This document shows, one piece after another, positions 1 through 8,451 of a DNA stretch of 36,361 nucleotides. The position numbers and the translations under genes are program-made. The notes below the pieces were generated by a model. The model did not search any database. It was not told the origin of the DNA and saw only the letters and a program-made list of their open reading frames with translations. This DNA comes from Gemmatimonadales bacterium. Lineage in GTDB: Bacteria; Gemmatimonadota; Gemmatimonadetes; Gemmatimonadales; GWC2-71-9. Location of the stretch: NCBI GenBank assembly GCA_046715295.1, contig JBKJZM010000259.1:1-36361 (forward strand), in the 5' to 3' direction. Positions within the stretch are counted from its first letter, which is position 1; each line of letters begins with the position of its first letter.

Positions 1-143
1 ACCGGCTCACCACGCCGCTCGTCCGCAAGGGCTGGATGTGTCAGGATGGGCAGTGGACCTGGACCGCCTAATGGCCCCGGTACCGGGAGGGCCCCTGGCT
101 CACCATCGAGGAGATGGGCGACAAGAAGAAGCCCCGGCCACCG
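1..143 (+). repeat. Diverged second copy of an internal fdhA segment (pairs with 789-931); contains an in-frame TAA
   Basis: Hand alignment: 1-143 aligns to 789-931 without indels, with about 17 mismatches (~88% identity). In the fdhA-equivalent phase it reads RLTTPLVRKGWMCQDGQWTWTA*WPRYREGPWLTIEEMGDKKKPRPP, versus RLTVPLIRKGWMCQDGQWTWAGEWPRHREGPWLTIEEMGDKKKPRPP at 791-931. Confidence 0.85.
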
Positions 144-148
144 ACGGC

Positions 149-2881
149 ATGGTAGTGGATGTTAAGTCGACGGCGGCGGCGGAGAATCGGCGGAGCGTGT
201 TGGAATTCCTGCTGGAGCGCTATCCCGGCGAGCACCTCGCTAATGGCGGACGGGAGCATCCCCGGAACGAGTTCGAGCGCTACGTCGTCCAGTACAATGT
301 GCCGGTTCGCACCCATCACGATCTGCCGCTCCGCACCGGTGACGAGCGCCCCGGTGACGTGATGATCCAGCACGATATGACCACCTGCATCCTGTGTACG
401 CGGTGTGTGCGGGCCTGCGAGGACATCCAGGAAGTCGGCGTGCTCGACGTTGGCCTGCGGGGCGAGCACGCCCAAATCATCGTCGGGGGGGACGGAGACC
501 CCGACCATGCGGGGTGCACCTGGTGTGGCGAATGCGTACGTGTCTGTCCCACCGGCGCGATCTTCGAGTTCATTCCCAGGCAGCGGTTCGGTGCCGAGGC
601 GCTCCGCACTCCGGATAAGGTGGCGCGCTCGGTATGTCCCTACTGCGCGGTGGGGTGCCAACTCGACCTTCACGTCAAAGACGATACCCTGATGCGGGTG
701 ACGTCGCCCTGGATCGAGGAGGATACCCCCAATCAGGGATCCACCTGCGTCAAAGGTCGGTTCGGGTACGACTTCACCCAGCACCGGGATCGGCTGACCG
801 TGCCGCTCATCCGCAAGGGGTGGATGTGTCAGGATGGCCAGTGGACCTGGGCCGGCGAATGGCCCCGGCACCGGGAAGGCCCGTGGCTTACCATCGAGGA
901 GATGGGCGATAAGAAGAAGCCGCGGCCGCCGCTCCGGCAGGTCGGAAAGCCGCCGCTGACCGGTCTGCCCCAGGTGGGCGAGGACGATGTGCGGGATCGG
1001 GTAGCAACCCCTGCGGGATGGTATAGCGCGTTTCGTGAGGCCACCTGGGACGAAGCGCTGAGTCTGGCCGCCCAGCAGATCCTGCGAATCAGAACCGAGC
1101 ACGGCCCCAAGGCGTTGGGCGCGCTGTCGTCGGCCAAATGCACCAATGAAGACAACTACGCGTTCATGCGAATGATCCGCGCCGGTTTCGGAACCAATAG
1201 CGTGGACCACTGCACCCGCCTCTGCCACTCGACCTCGGTGGCGGCCATGAACCGCGCGCTCAACACGGCGGCGGCGTCCGGCTCGATGCGGGAGATCGAG
1301 GAGGCGTGCGACGTCATCTTCATCGCCGGAGCCAACACCACCGAATCCCACCCGGTGTTCGGCGCGCTGATCAAGCGAGCCGTGGCGCGGGGCGCGAAGC
1401 TGATCGTCGCGGACGTCAGAACGGTCGAGCTCGCTGGGATGGCGGATATCCACCTCCAGATGACGCCGGGCTCCGATGTGGCGCTGTTCAACAGCATGCT
1501 GCGCCACATAATCGAGGCTGGGCTTACCGATCCGACGTTCATCAGCGAACGCACCCGCGAGTTCGAGAAGGTGAAAGCGGCAGTCGCTCCGTACACCCTT
1601 GAGATGGGTCAGAAGATCACCGGCATACCCGCCGCCACCATTCGGCAGGCCGCGGAGATGTATGCCCGGGGGCCCCGCACTTCCACCCTCTGGGCGATGG
1701 GCCTGACCCAGCACGCCACCGGCACCGATATCGTCGCCAGCCTGCTCAACCTGCTGCTCGCGTGCGGGATGATCGGGAAGTGGGGCGCGCAAATGATGCC
1801 GATTCGGGGACAGAACAACGTGCAGGGCGCCAGCGACGTCGGTGCCATCCCCTTCGCCTACACCGACTATCGGCCGGTCACCGATCCGGCCAACCGCGCC
1901 GAATACGCCAGGGCGTGGGGGGTAGCCGCCGAGTCGCTCTCCCTCGAGCACGGAATGATGGTGACGGAAATGACGCGGGACGACAGCCCGATCCGCGGGC
2001 TCTACGTCATGGGCGAAAATCCGGTCATCTCGGATCCCAACATCGCGCATGCCGAGGAGTGGGTCCGGGGACTCGAGTTCCTGGCGGTACAGGATCTCTT
2101 CCTTACCGAGACCGCCCGCTGGGCGGACGTCGTGTTCCCTGGGTCATCCTTCGCCGAGAAGTCCGGTACCTACGCCAACACCGAACGGCGGATTCAGCTG
2201 GCCGAAGCGGCGCTGGACCCGCCGGGCAACGCCCGCCGGGATCTGGACATCCTCATCGAGCTCAGCAACCGCCTGGGCCTCAAGACAACATGGTCGGGAC
2301 CTGAGGACGTGATGCGGGAGATCGCCTCGGTGACACCGTCCTGGCGCGGGGTCACGTACGCCGGGCTCAAAGGCACCGGATTGCAATACCCGGTCCTGAC
2401 GCCGGAGTCCAAGGGCACCGCCTTCCTGTTCAACGAATCGTTCCCCACCGCCGATGGCCGGGCCATCTTCGTACCAGTCGAGTACGTGGCCCCCGAGGAG
2501 CTCCCGGATTCGGAGTATCCATTCATCATGAATACCGGCCGCCAGATGTACCACTGGCATACCGGCACCATGACCCGGCGGTCGATCGGCCTCGATTCAC
2601 GCGAGCCGGTCCCGGTAGTGGACATCAACCCCCGGGATGCCCTGGAGCTCGGCGTCGGCGAGGGAGACACCGTCCGGGTCAGCTCCCGCCGGGGATCGAT
2701 GCTCATCGGCGCCCGGCTCTCGGAGCGTCAGGCCCGGGGACAGATCTTCATTCCGTTCCACTTTCGGGAAGCCGCAGCCAACCTGCTGACCAATCCCCGG
2801 CTCGACCCCTACGCGAAGATCGCCGAGTTCAAGATCAGCGCGGTGCGGGTGGAGGCGGTGGCGCCGGTATTCGCGGATTAG
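149..2881 (+). CDS. fdhA: Formate dehydrogenase alpha subunit-like molybdopterin oxidoreductase (Cys-type, Fe-S N-terminal module)
   Basis: Two ferredoxin-type motifs are present (CILCTRCVRAC, CTWCGECVRVCPTG). So is the Mo-bisPGD 4Fe-4S motif CPYCAVGC. The active-site region is VDHCTRLCHSTSV, with Cys where FdhF has Sec. GQNNVQGA is also present, and similarity to FdhF/FdsA runs end to end. The maximal ORF begins at GTG 38; ATG 149 (MVVDVKS...) is the first start after the repeat junction. The 2Fe-2S domain expected upstream of GMVV is not present in the window. Confidence 0.85.
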   Translation: MVVDVKSTAAAENRRSVLEFLLERYPGEHLANGGREHPRNEFERYVVQYNVPVRTHHDLPLRTGDERPGDVMIQHDMTTCILCTRCVRACEDIQEVGVLDVGLRGEHAQIIVGGDGDPDHAGCTWCGECVRVCPTGAIFEFIPRQRFGAEALRTPDKVARSVCPYCAVGCQLDLHVKDDTLMRVTSPWIEEDTPNQGSTCVKGRFGYDFTQHRDRLTVPLIRKGWMCQDGQWTWAGEWPRHREGPWLTIEEMGDKKKPRPPLRQVGKPPLTGLPQVGEDDVRDRVATPAGWYSAFREATWDEALSLAAQQILRIRTEHGPKALGALSSAKCTNEDNYAFMRMIRAGFGTNSVDHCTRLCHSTSVAAMNRALNTAAASGSMREIEEACDVIFIAGANTTESHPVFGALIKRAVARGAKLIVADVRTVELAGMADIHLQMTPGSDVALFNSMLRHIIEAGLTDPTFISERTREFEKVKAAVAPYTLEMGQKITGIPAATIRQAAEMYARGPRTSTLWAMGLTQHATGTDIVASLLNLLLACGMIGKWGAQMMPIRGQNNVQGASDVGAIPFAYTDYRPVTDPANRAEYARAWGVAAESLSLEHGMMVTEMTRDDSPIRGLYVMGENPVISDPNIAHAEEWVRGLEFLAVQDLFLTETARWADVVFPGSSFAEKSGTYANTERRIQLAEAALDPPGNARRDLDILIELSNRLGLKTTWSGPEDVMREIASVTPSWRGVTYAGLKGTGLQYPVLTPESKGTAFLFNESFPTADGRAIFVPVEYVAPEELPDSEYPFIMNTGRQMYHWHTGTMTRRSIGLDSREPVPVVDINPRDALELGVGEGDTVRVSSRRGSMLIGARLSERQARGQIFIPFHFREAAANLLTNPRLDPYAKIAEFKISAVRVEAVAPVFAD

Positions 2882-2888
2882 GGACCCA

Positions 2889-2915
2889 CCTCTCCGTCCT
2901 CTCCGTCCTCTCCGT
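2889..2915 (+). repeat. Three perfect tandem copies of the 9-mer CCTCTCCGT in the fdhA-tdh spacer
   Basis: Read directly: cctctccgt x3 at 2889-2897, 2898-2906 and 2907-2915. A degenerate fourth unit and a TATATT hexamer (2923-2928) follow. Confidence 0.9.
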
Positions 2916-2953
2916 CTTCTCTTATATTCCCCCCGTCCTAACTCAGAGCCTTC

Positions 2954-3994
2954 ATGCGCGCGCTGGTCAAGGAATCGCGAGCTCCCGGTATTGTTCTCCG
3001 CGAGGTGCCGGTCCCCACGGCAGGCCCCAGCGAGGCGCTGATCCGGGTTCACCATGCCGGCGTCTGCGGGACCGACCTTCACATCTGGGAATGGGACAGC
3101 TGGGCAAGCGGCCGGCTCAAGCCTCCCGTCATCGTGGGGCACGAATTCGCCGGCGAGATCACTGAGCTGGGTCGGGACGCTGCCGCGGCCGACCTCCTCG
3201 CGGTGGGTGACCTGGTCACCGCCGAAGGACACGTCGTCTGCGGGCACTGCCTCCAGTGCCGGCTGGGCGCTGCCCACCTCTGCCGCCGGACGCAGATCAT
3301 CGGGGTGGATAGGGACGGCGCCTTCGCCGACTACATCGCCATGCCCGTCTCCAATGTGATGAAGCTCGATGGCATCAGTACCGAGATCGGCGCCATCATG
3401 GATCCGATGGGCAACGCGGTGCACACCGTGCTGGAGGCCGAGGTGCCGGGTAGCACCGTACTGGTGCTCGGCTGTGGGCCCATCGGCTGCTTTGCGGTCG
3501 GGGTGGCGCGGGCAGCAGGGGCATCGCTGGTCATTGCCAGCGATTACAACGCCAAGCGACTCGACCTGGCCCGAGCCATGGGCGCCCAGGTGACGCTGAA
3601 CCCCGGCACCGATGACGTGGTGGCCCGCGTCCGCGAGCTCACCGCCGGCGACGGCGTAGACCTGGTGTGTGAGATGAGTGGGCACCCCAGCGGCCACGCC
3701 CAGGCACTGGCTGCGGCGCGTATGGGTGGACGGATCAACCTCCTTGGTACCCCCAATCGCACCACCGAGGTGGACTTCGCCCGGGACGTGATCTTCAAGG
3801 GCCTCACCCTCTATGGGGTCACCGGTCGCAAGATGTACGCGACCTGGCACCAGATGCAGCGTTTCCTCCGGGCCGGACAGCTCGACCCCCGGCCGGTCAT
3901 CACCCACCGCTTCCCGCTGGACCAGATCGCCGAGGCGATTCAGGTCATCAAGGATGGCCAGGCGGGCAAGGTGATCCTGGAGGTGTGTCCGTGA
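2954..3994 (+). CDS. tdh: L-threonine 3-dehydrogenase (Zn-dependent MDR family)
   Basis: 346 aa. The N-terminus MRALVKE...GVCGTDLHIWEWDSWASGRLKPPVIVGHEFAGE parallels E. coli Tdh (AICGTDVHIYNWDEWS...VVGHEYVGE). Its stop overlaps the kbl start, the classic tdh-kbl pairing. Confidence 0.9.
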   Translation: MRALVKESRAPGIVLREVPVPTAGPSEALIRVHHAGVCGTDLHIWEWDSWASGRLKPPVIVGHEFAGEITELGRDAAAADLLAVGDLVTAEGHVVCGHCLQCRLGAAHLCRRTQIIGVDRDGAFADYIAMPVSNVMKLDGISTEIGAIMDPMGNAVHTVLEAEVPGSTVLVLGCGPIGCFAVGVARAAGASLVIASDYNAKRLDLARAMGAQVTLNPGTDDVVARVRELTAGDGVDLVCEMSGHPSGHAQALAAARMGGRINLLGTPNRTTEVDFARDVIFKGLTLYGVTGRKMYATWHQMQRFLRAGQLDPRPVITHRFPLDQIAEAIQVIKDGQAGKVILEVCP

Positions 3995-5190
3995 GCAATC
4001 CTCTGGAGCAACGGATCGCCCCGGAGCTGGAACAGTTCATCCGTGACGGCACCTACAAGCGGCTCAACTTCCTGGAGAGTCCCCAGGCGGCCCGGGTGCG
4101 GATGGAGGGCCGGGGCGAAGTCATCATTCTCTCCTCCAACAACTACCTCGGACTCGCCAATGAGCCCGGTGTGGTTGCCGCCGGGAAGGCGGGGCTCGAC
4201 CGCTTCGGCGCGGGCACCGCGTCGGTTCGGTTCATCTGCGGGACCTTCACCATCCATCGGGCCCTTGAGGCTGCCTGTGCCCGGCTGGTCGGCACCCCGG
4301 CGTCGCTCAGCTTCGGGAGCGCATGGAACGCCAACGAGGCGGTGCCCGGTACGCTGCTCACTGAGCACGATCTCATTATCAGTGACCAGTTGAACCACGC
4401 TTCGATCATTGACGGCATCCGCCTGGCCAAGGCCATCACCAAGTGCCAGACCGCCGTTTACCAGCACGGTGATCTTACCGATCTGGATACCAGGCTCGCC
4501 GCCGCCGGCGATCGCCGGGTCAAGATGGTGGTCACTGACGGCGTCTTCTCCATGGAAGGGGCGATCGCCAAGCTTCCCGATCTGATCGAGCTCTGCCGCA
4601 AGCACGAGGCGGTGCTGGTCGTAGATGACTCTCACGCCACCGGCGTGCTGGGCAAAAATGGCCGTGGAACCGCGGAGCACTTCGGAGTGGTGGGCGAGGT
4701 GGACATCATCACCTCGACGCTGGGCAAGGCGCTCGGAGGGGCGGCGGGTGGGTTCGTGGCGGCATCGGCTGCAGTGTGCGATTACCTGACCCAGCGGGCA
4801 CGGCCCCAACTCTTCAGCAATGCCCTGCCGCCTACCGTCGCGTCCAGCTCACTGGCCAGCATCGAGTACCTCGAGGCTCATCCCGAGCGCGTGGCCAGGC
4901 TGGGTGACAACGCACGCTATTTCCGCGACCAGTTGCTCGGCCTCGGCTTTCACCCCCTTCCGGGCGAAACCCCGATCATCCCCGTCATCCTCGGCGAGAC
5001 CGCGGCGGCGATCCGAATGAGCGACCTCCTGCTCGCCGAAGGTGTGTTCGTCACCGGCTTCGGCTATCCGGTCGTGCCTCAGGGTCAGGCCCGGGTTCGA
5101 TGCCAGATCTCGGCGACGCATACCCGGGAGGATCTCGACCAGGCACTCGCTGCCTTCCGTACGATTGGCCGCCAGCTCAACCTGATCTAA
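3985..5190 (+). CDS. kbl: 2-amino-3-ketobutyrate CoA ligase (glycine C-acetyltransferase), PLP-dependent
   Basis: 401 aa. Motifs NNYLGLANEP, SVRFICGT, ISDQLNHASIIDG, VDDSHATG and TLGKALGG (PLP lysine) align along the full length with E. coli Kbl. The start is GTG 3985 or GTG 3991 (GTGA overlap with the tdh stop). Confidence 0.9.
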   Translation: MSVSNPLEQRIAPELEQFIRDGTYKRLNFLESPQAARVRMEGRGEVIILSSNNYLGLANEPGVVAAGKAGLDRFGAGTASVRFICGTFTIHRALEAACARLVGTPASLSFGSAWNANEAVPGTLLTEHDLIISDQLNHASIIDGIRLAKAITKCQTAVYQHGDLTDLDTRLAAAGDRRVKMVVTDGVFSMEGAIAKLPDLIELCRKHEAVLVVDDSHATGVLGKNGRGTAEHFGVVGEVDIITSTLGKALGGAAGGFVAASAAVCDYLTQRARPQLFSNALPPTVASSSLASIEYLEAHPERVARLGDNARYFRDQLLGLGFHPLPGETPIIPVILGETAAAIRMSDLLLAEGVFVTGFGYPVVPQGQARVRCQISATHTREDLDQALAAFRTIGRQLNLI

Positions 5191-5430
5191 TTCCACCAAC
5201 TAGAACGGGCCCGGTCCTTGCACTTCCACCCAACCCGACGGGCATGGGTGAGTCGGCTCGGAAGCGGTAAGTCCTTGTCGGCCCGAAGTGTAAGAGGGGC
5301 ATCTCGCCCCGGATTCCACTCCCTTCCCGCCCGATCCAGCATGAGTTCCCGCATTTTGACGTACCGTGCGAGGTAGTGCCCGGTAAGCACCAGGAGAGCC
5401 CTGGTGCAGACACCCTACGGAGGCAGTCTG

Positions 5431-6129
5431 ATGCGTAAGGTCACCCGAAGCATTTCGGTCGTGCTGGCCCTTTGCCTTGGGGCGGCTAACCTCTCGGCTC
5501 AGCAGCCGGGCAACGGCACTTTCCAGTGGTACGTCGGCGGTCACGGCGGCATCCTGAATTTCGAGACCTCGGCTCAAGGCCGAACCACAGTCCCTCTCGG
5601 TGGCGCCCACCTGCTGATTACTGCCCGGCGCACCGGCCTGCTGCTCTCGGTCGAACAGGGGTTCGGGTCGAATGAGCTGGGCGTCTTTACCGTGCAGGCG
5701 ATCGACAGCGCCGACAATCTCGTAAGCCAGACCGGGGTCGCGTCGACATTCGACTACATTCGGAAATATTCCGCAATGCTGATGGCGTTCCCCATCAGGG
5801 GACCTGCGACCCCGTACTTCGGGATCGGCGTGGGCGTGCTCCACACCGGCGGTCACGCCCCGGACGACGGCTTCACGAAGGAGATGGGCAGCTCGGGGTT
5901 CGGTTCTCTGATCGGGGGATTGAACTTCAGGGTGAGCCGGTTCAGCGCCTTCGGCCAATATCAGATCACCACCGGACCTGGCGAGCGCCGGGCTTCCGTG
6001 ACATTCACGAACGGGGCGCGGAACCTGGCCTTCGGCAATATGCTCAGCGGACCGACCCATACGTTCACCGCTGGTCTCCGATTCAACCTCGGCAACGCCA
6101 AAGAGCGAGCGAGCGGCGGCGGTTACTGA
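5431..6129 (+). CDS. Small outer-membrane beta-barrel protein (OmpW/OmpA-beta-barrel-like), function unknown
   Basis: ATG 5431 lies 7 nt after a GGAGG. The signal peptide is MRKVTRSISVVLALCLGAANLSAQQ. The body shows alternating hydrophobic beta-strand patterning and an aromatic C-terminus (..GGGY). The ORF-track start at 5404 is a GTG extension. Confidence 0.6.
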   Translation: MRKVTRSISVVLALCLGAANLSAQQPGNGTFQWYVGGHGGILNFETSAQGRTTVPLGGAHLLITARRTGLLLSVEQGFGSNELGVFTVQAIDSADNLVSQTGVASTFDYIRKYSAMLMAFPIRGPATPYFGIGVGVLHTGGHAPDDGFTKEMGSSGFGSLIGGLNFRVSRFSAFGQYQITTGPGERRASVTFTNGARNLAFGNMLSGPTHTFTAGLRFNLGNAKERASGGGY

Positions 6130-6148
6130 TCAGGCGGGCTAATTGATT

Positions 6149-6784
6149 TCAACGGGCGGGGGATCTTCGCGATCCCCCGCCCGTTTCTTTGCGGGAGGTC
6201 CAGGGGGACCCGGCGTGATGAAAGCGCAAAGGCCAGTCCGCTGCCTTGGTTATTCCGATTCTGGGCGTGGCGGCAACCGCGATCTCTGCTAGCGAACCCG
6301 GCCGCCGTACCAGGACCTCACTGCCGGGCATCCTGCTGCCGTCCAGATTGCGAGTGATTGCCAGAGCCTGGGTCAGCTTTCCCGGCCCGGAGCAGAGATC
6401 GCGATCCGCCACACCACCCCGCCGTTGGCGCATGATGTCGAGCCCGGCAAGGGGTTCCAGCGCCCGGAGCAGGACAGCGCTGGCCATTCCGGCACGCTGG
6501 CACACCAGGTTGGCACACCAGTGCATGCCGTACGATAGGTAGACATACCAGGAGCCCGGCGGGCCAAACAGAGCCCCATTGCGGGCGTTGCGACGGTGCA
6601 GGTAGCCGTGTGACGCCGGGTCGTCGTAGCCGAGATAAGCCTCGGTCTCCACGATCCTGCCTTCGGTGAGCTCCCCTCCGATCGAAGACACCACGACCAT
6701 CCCGAGCAGTTCGGCAGCCACGATCTCGGCGGGGCGCCTGAAAAAAGCGACGGGCAGCGTGGCTGCCCGTCTCCGTTGAGTCAT
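6149..6784 (-). CDS. DNA-3-methyladenine glycosylase (AAG/MPG family)
   Basis: 211 aa. FFRRPAEIVAAELLG...GRIVETEAYLGYDDPASH...GSWYVYLSYGMHWCANLV matches the Pur_DNA_glyco family signature. Its ATG overlaps the upstream gene's stop (ATGA at 6781-6784). Confidence 0.85.
   Translation of the reverse strand: MTQRRRAATLPVAFFRRPAEIVAAELLGMVVVSSIGGELTEGRIVETEAYLGYDDPASHGYLHRRNARNGALFGPPGSWYVYLSYGMHWCANLVCQRAGMASAVLLRALEPLAGLDIMRQRRGGVADRDLCSGPGKLTQALAITRNLDGSRMPGSEVLVRRPGSLAEIAVAATPRIGITKAADWPLRFHHAGSPWTSRKETGGGSRRSPAR
6152..6190. terminator. Intrinsic terminator hairpin between convergent genes
   Basis: A perfect 14 bp stem (acgggcgggggatc / gatcccccgcccgt) with a 5 nt loop spans 6152-6184. It is followed by ttcttt on the + strand. 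It lies 23 nt after the OMP stop and overlaps the last codons of the minus-strand glycosylase ORF. Confidence 0.7.
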
Positions 6785-8451
6785 TCCGGTTTCTTCCGGG
6801 GACGCGCTCTCGGTCGTTTGGGTGGCGGCGGGGCAGCACTTTCCTCCGCCTTGCCAGGTGGGGATTGGGCCGGCGCCGCCGCGGTGCGCTTCCGGCGAGG
6901 CGCGGCGCGGCGCTTCTCCTTGGGGACAGTCTCGGCAGTGGCCTCGACCGGGTCAGCATCGCCGGGGGTGGCCGATCGCTCCGGCTCCAGAAACGGGTCG
7001 ATGCTCACCATCCCCACGCGAGGAATGTCGGCAGCCCGCAATGGGACCCGGGAGCCGCGCCGAAAACGCAACCCGAGCCGTTGTCCGTTTTCCCGGGCCC
7101 CCGAGGATACGGGCTCCGAAGCCGCGGGCTCACTGCCCGGCGCAGCTTCCTGGGGTTCTTCCCGCGGAGCCGCGGGGAGCGCTGGACGCGCCGACGAGCG
7201 CTGAAGCGCAATCTCGTAGTCGTCATCGCCCACCTTCCGCACATCAGCGACCTCGGCATCGTTGGCCTGGCGGAGCAGCCGCTGGAAGCGCGCGGCGTCG
7301 AGGAGGGGGTCCTCCCTGCCATTCATGGCGACCATACGAAGCCGGAGCGCCTCCTGTCCCACGGGGGAGCGGAACTCCGACAGGGCCTGGGCCATGAGCT
7401 GGAAAGCGCGCGCCAGAGTCAGGGCGCCATCGGTGCGCTCTTCCCGCACAGGGCGCTGCGCTTGATCCTCTCGGGAGCCGTCTGCGGTCCGTGCCCGGGC
7501 GGCGCCACCATCACGCGAGCCGGTGCGCTCGCGCCCACCACGGCCTCGACGCCCGCGTCCACGCCGCCCTGCGTCCTCACGGGTCCTCGCTCCGCCCGCG
7601 GCCGGCTCGTCTCGGCCCGCCTCAGCGGGAGACCGCGACCGCGAGGCCGCCGCCGGAGGGGCGCTGGCGGCAACCGGGGGTGCCACCGAGCCCGGACCTA
7701 CCTCATACTGTCCGTTATCCAGCTTGGTCAGCTGGACAATTCCCTTTTGCCCGGCTTCGATCACGAACTTGCTGAACCGGTTGAAGCCGGCGTTCCGCTC
7801 GTCAAAGTTGGAATCGATTTGCTGCATGACCTGCTTGAGCCGGTCCGAGCGCATGACGTCGCCGTTGCGGGTCATCTGCGCCACCGCTTCGGCGGCGAGC
7901 TCCCACGGGTCCCGCTGGGTCGAGGGAGTGTCTACTTCCTTCGTCAGGCCGGCAAGATCGTTGTAGGAGTAATACTCGTCGCAGTTCTGGATCAGCAGAT
8001 CGCTGGCCGACTCACGGATGCCCACCCCGATCACGTACTTGCCGTACTCCTTCAGCTTGATCACCATGGTCGAGAAGTCGCTGTCACCGGATAGCAGAAT
8101 GAACATCCCGATCTCGGGCCGGGTGAACACCAGCTCGATGGCATCGATGGCCAGCCGGATGTCGGTCGCGTTCTTCTTGCTCGAGCCGAAGGCCGGCGCG
8201 AAGATGAGGTCGATGGACGATTCCGACAGTGGCACGATGTACTGAGGGTAGCGGCGCCAGTCGGCATAGGCACGCTGGACCGCAACCTTCCCCTTGATGA
8301 TGTCGCTGTTGAGGAGAGTGCGAAGCTCCTTGGTCAGGTCCTTCTGGATGCCAAGGGTGACGTTGTCGAAGTCGATCAGAAGAGCAGCATGCGGGGCGTG
8401 TACTGGGGGCTGGCTGAGATGCCGGCCCGGCCGAATAAGCGGTCGATTCAC
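6781..8451 (-). CDS. NYN (PIN-like) domain protein with two OST-HTH/LOTUS-like modules and long Arg/Gly/Pro/Ala-rich linkers
   Basis: The N-terminal part ALLIDFDNV...AYADW...SGDSDF is LabA/NYN-like. It is followed by DPWELAAEAVAQM...FSKFVIEAGQKGIVQL (OST-HTH-like) and a second similar module (ALTLARAFQLMAQAL...DDDYEIAL). The start is uncertain: GTG 8451 is preferred, and the ORF extends to GTG 8601. Confidence 0.7.
   Translation of the reverse strand: MNRPLIRPGRHLSQPPVHAPHAALLIDFDNVTLGIQKDLTKELRTLLNSDIIKGKVAVQRAYADWRRYPQYIVPLSESSIDLIFAPAFGSSKKNATDIRLAIDAIELVFTRPEIGMFILLSGDSDFSTMVIKLKEYGKYVIGVGIRESASDLLIQNCDEYYSYNDLAGLTKEVDTPSTQRDPWELAAEAVAQMTRNGDVMRSDRLKQVMQQIDSNFDERNAGFNRFSKFVIEAGQKGIVQLTKLDNGQYEVGPGSVAPPVAASAPPAAASRSRSPAEAGRDEPAAGGARTREDAGRRGRGRRGRGGRERTGSRDGGAARARTADGSREDQAQRPVREERTDGALTLARAFQLMAQALSEFRSPVGQEALRLRMVAMNGREDPLLDAARFQRLLRQANDAEVADVRKVGDDDYEIALQRSSARPALPAAPREEPQEAAPGSEPAASEPVSSGARENGQRLGLRFRRGSRVPLRAADIPRVGMVSIDPFLEPERSATPGDADPVEATAETVPKEKRRAAPRRKRTAAAPAQSPPGKAEESAAPPPPKRPRARPRKKPE

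Noticed and set aside
1223-1225. Possible selenocysteine recoding in the formate dehydrogenase.
   Set aside because: The active-site position (..TRLCHSTS..) is a plain TGC Cys codon and there is no in-frame TGA. This is a Cys-type enzyme.
68-2050. Very long ORFs antisense to, or out of frame with, recognised genes. Examples: 68-2050(-), 2597-3907(-), 3940-4809(-), 6865-8094(+), 9912-10922(+), 17052-17855(+), 19078-19953(+), 21577-22698(+), 24703-25548(+), 25692-27200(+) and 31805-32800(+).
   Set aside because: Their translations are Arg/Gly/Pro/Ala-rich low-complexity strings with no recognisable motifs. Each fully overlaps a gene with clear family signatures on the other strand or frame. 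These are the typical shadow ORFs of GC-rich DNA.
2889-2915. Whether the 9-mer tandem repeat, or any other repeat, is a CRISPR array or mobile-element end.
   Set aside because: The units are directly adjacent with no spacers and are far too short. There are no cas genes, transposase or integrase genes, terminal inverted repeats or target-site duplications anywhere in the window.
5191-5430. The 240 nt kbl-OMP spacer as a possible riboswitch or terminator (GGGGCatctcGCCCC hairpin at about 5297-5311).
   Set aside because: The stem is only 5 bp with no U-tract. I could not recognise any conserved riboswitch core, so the evidence is insufficient.
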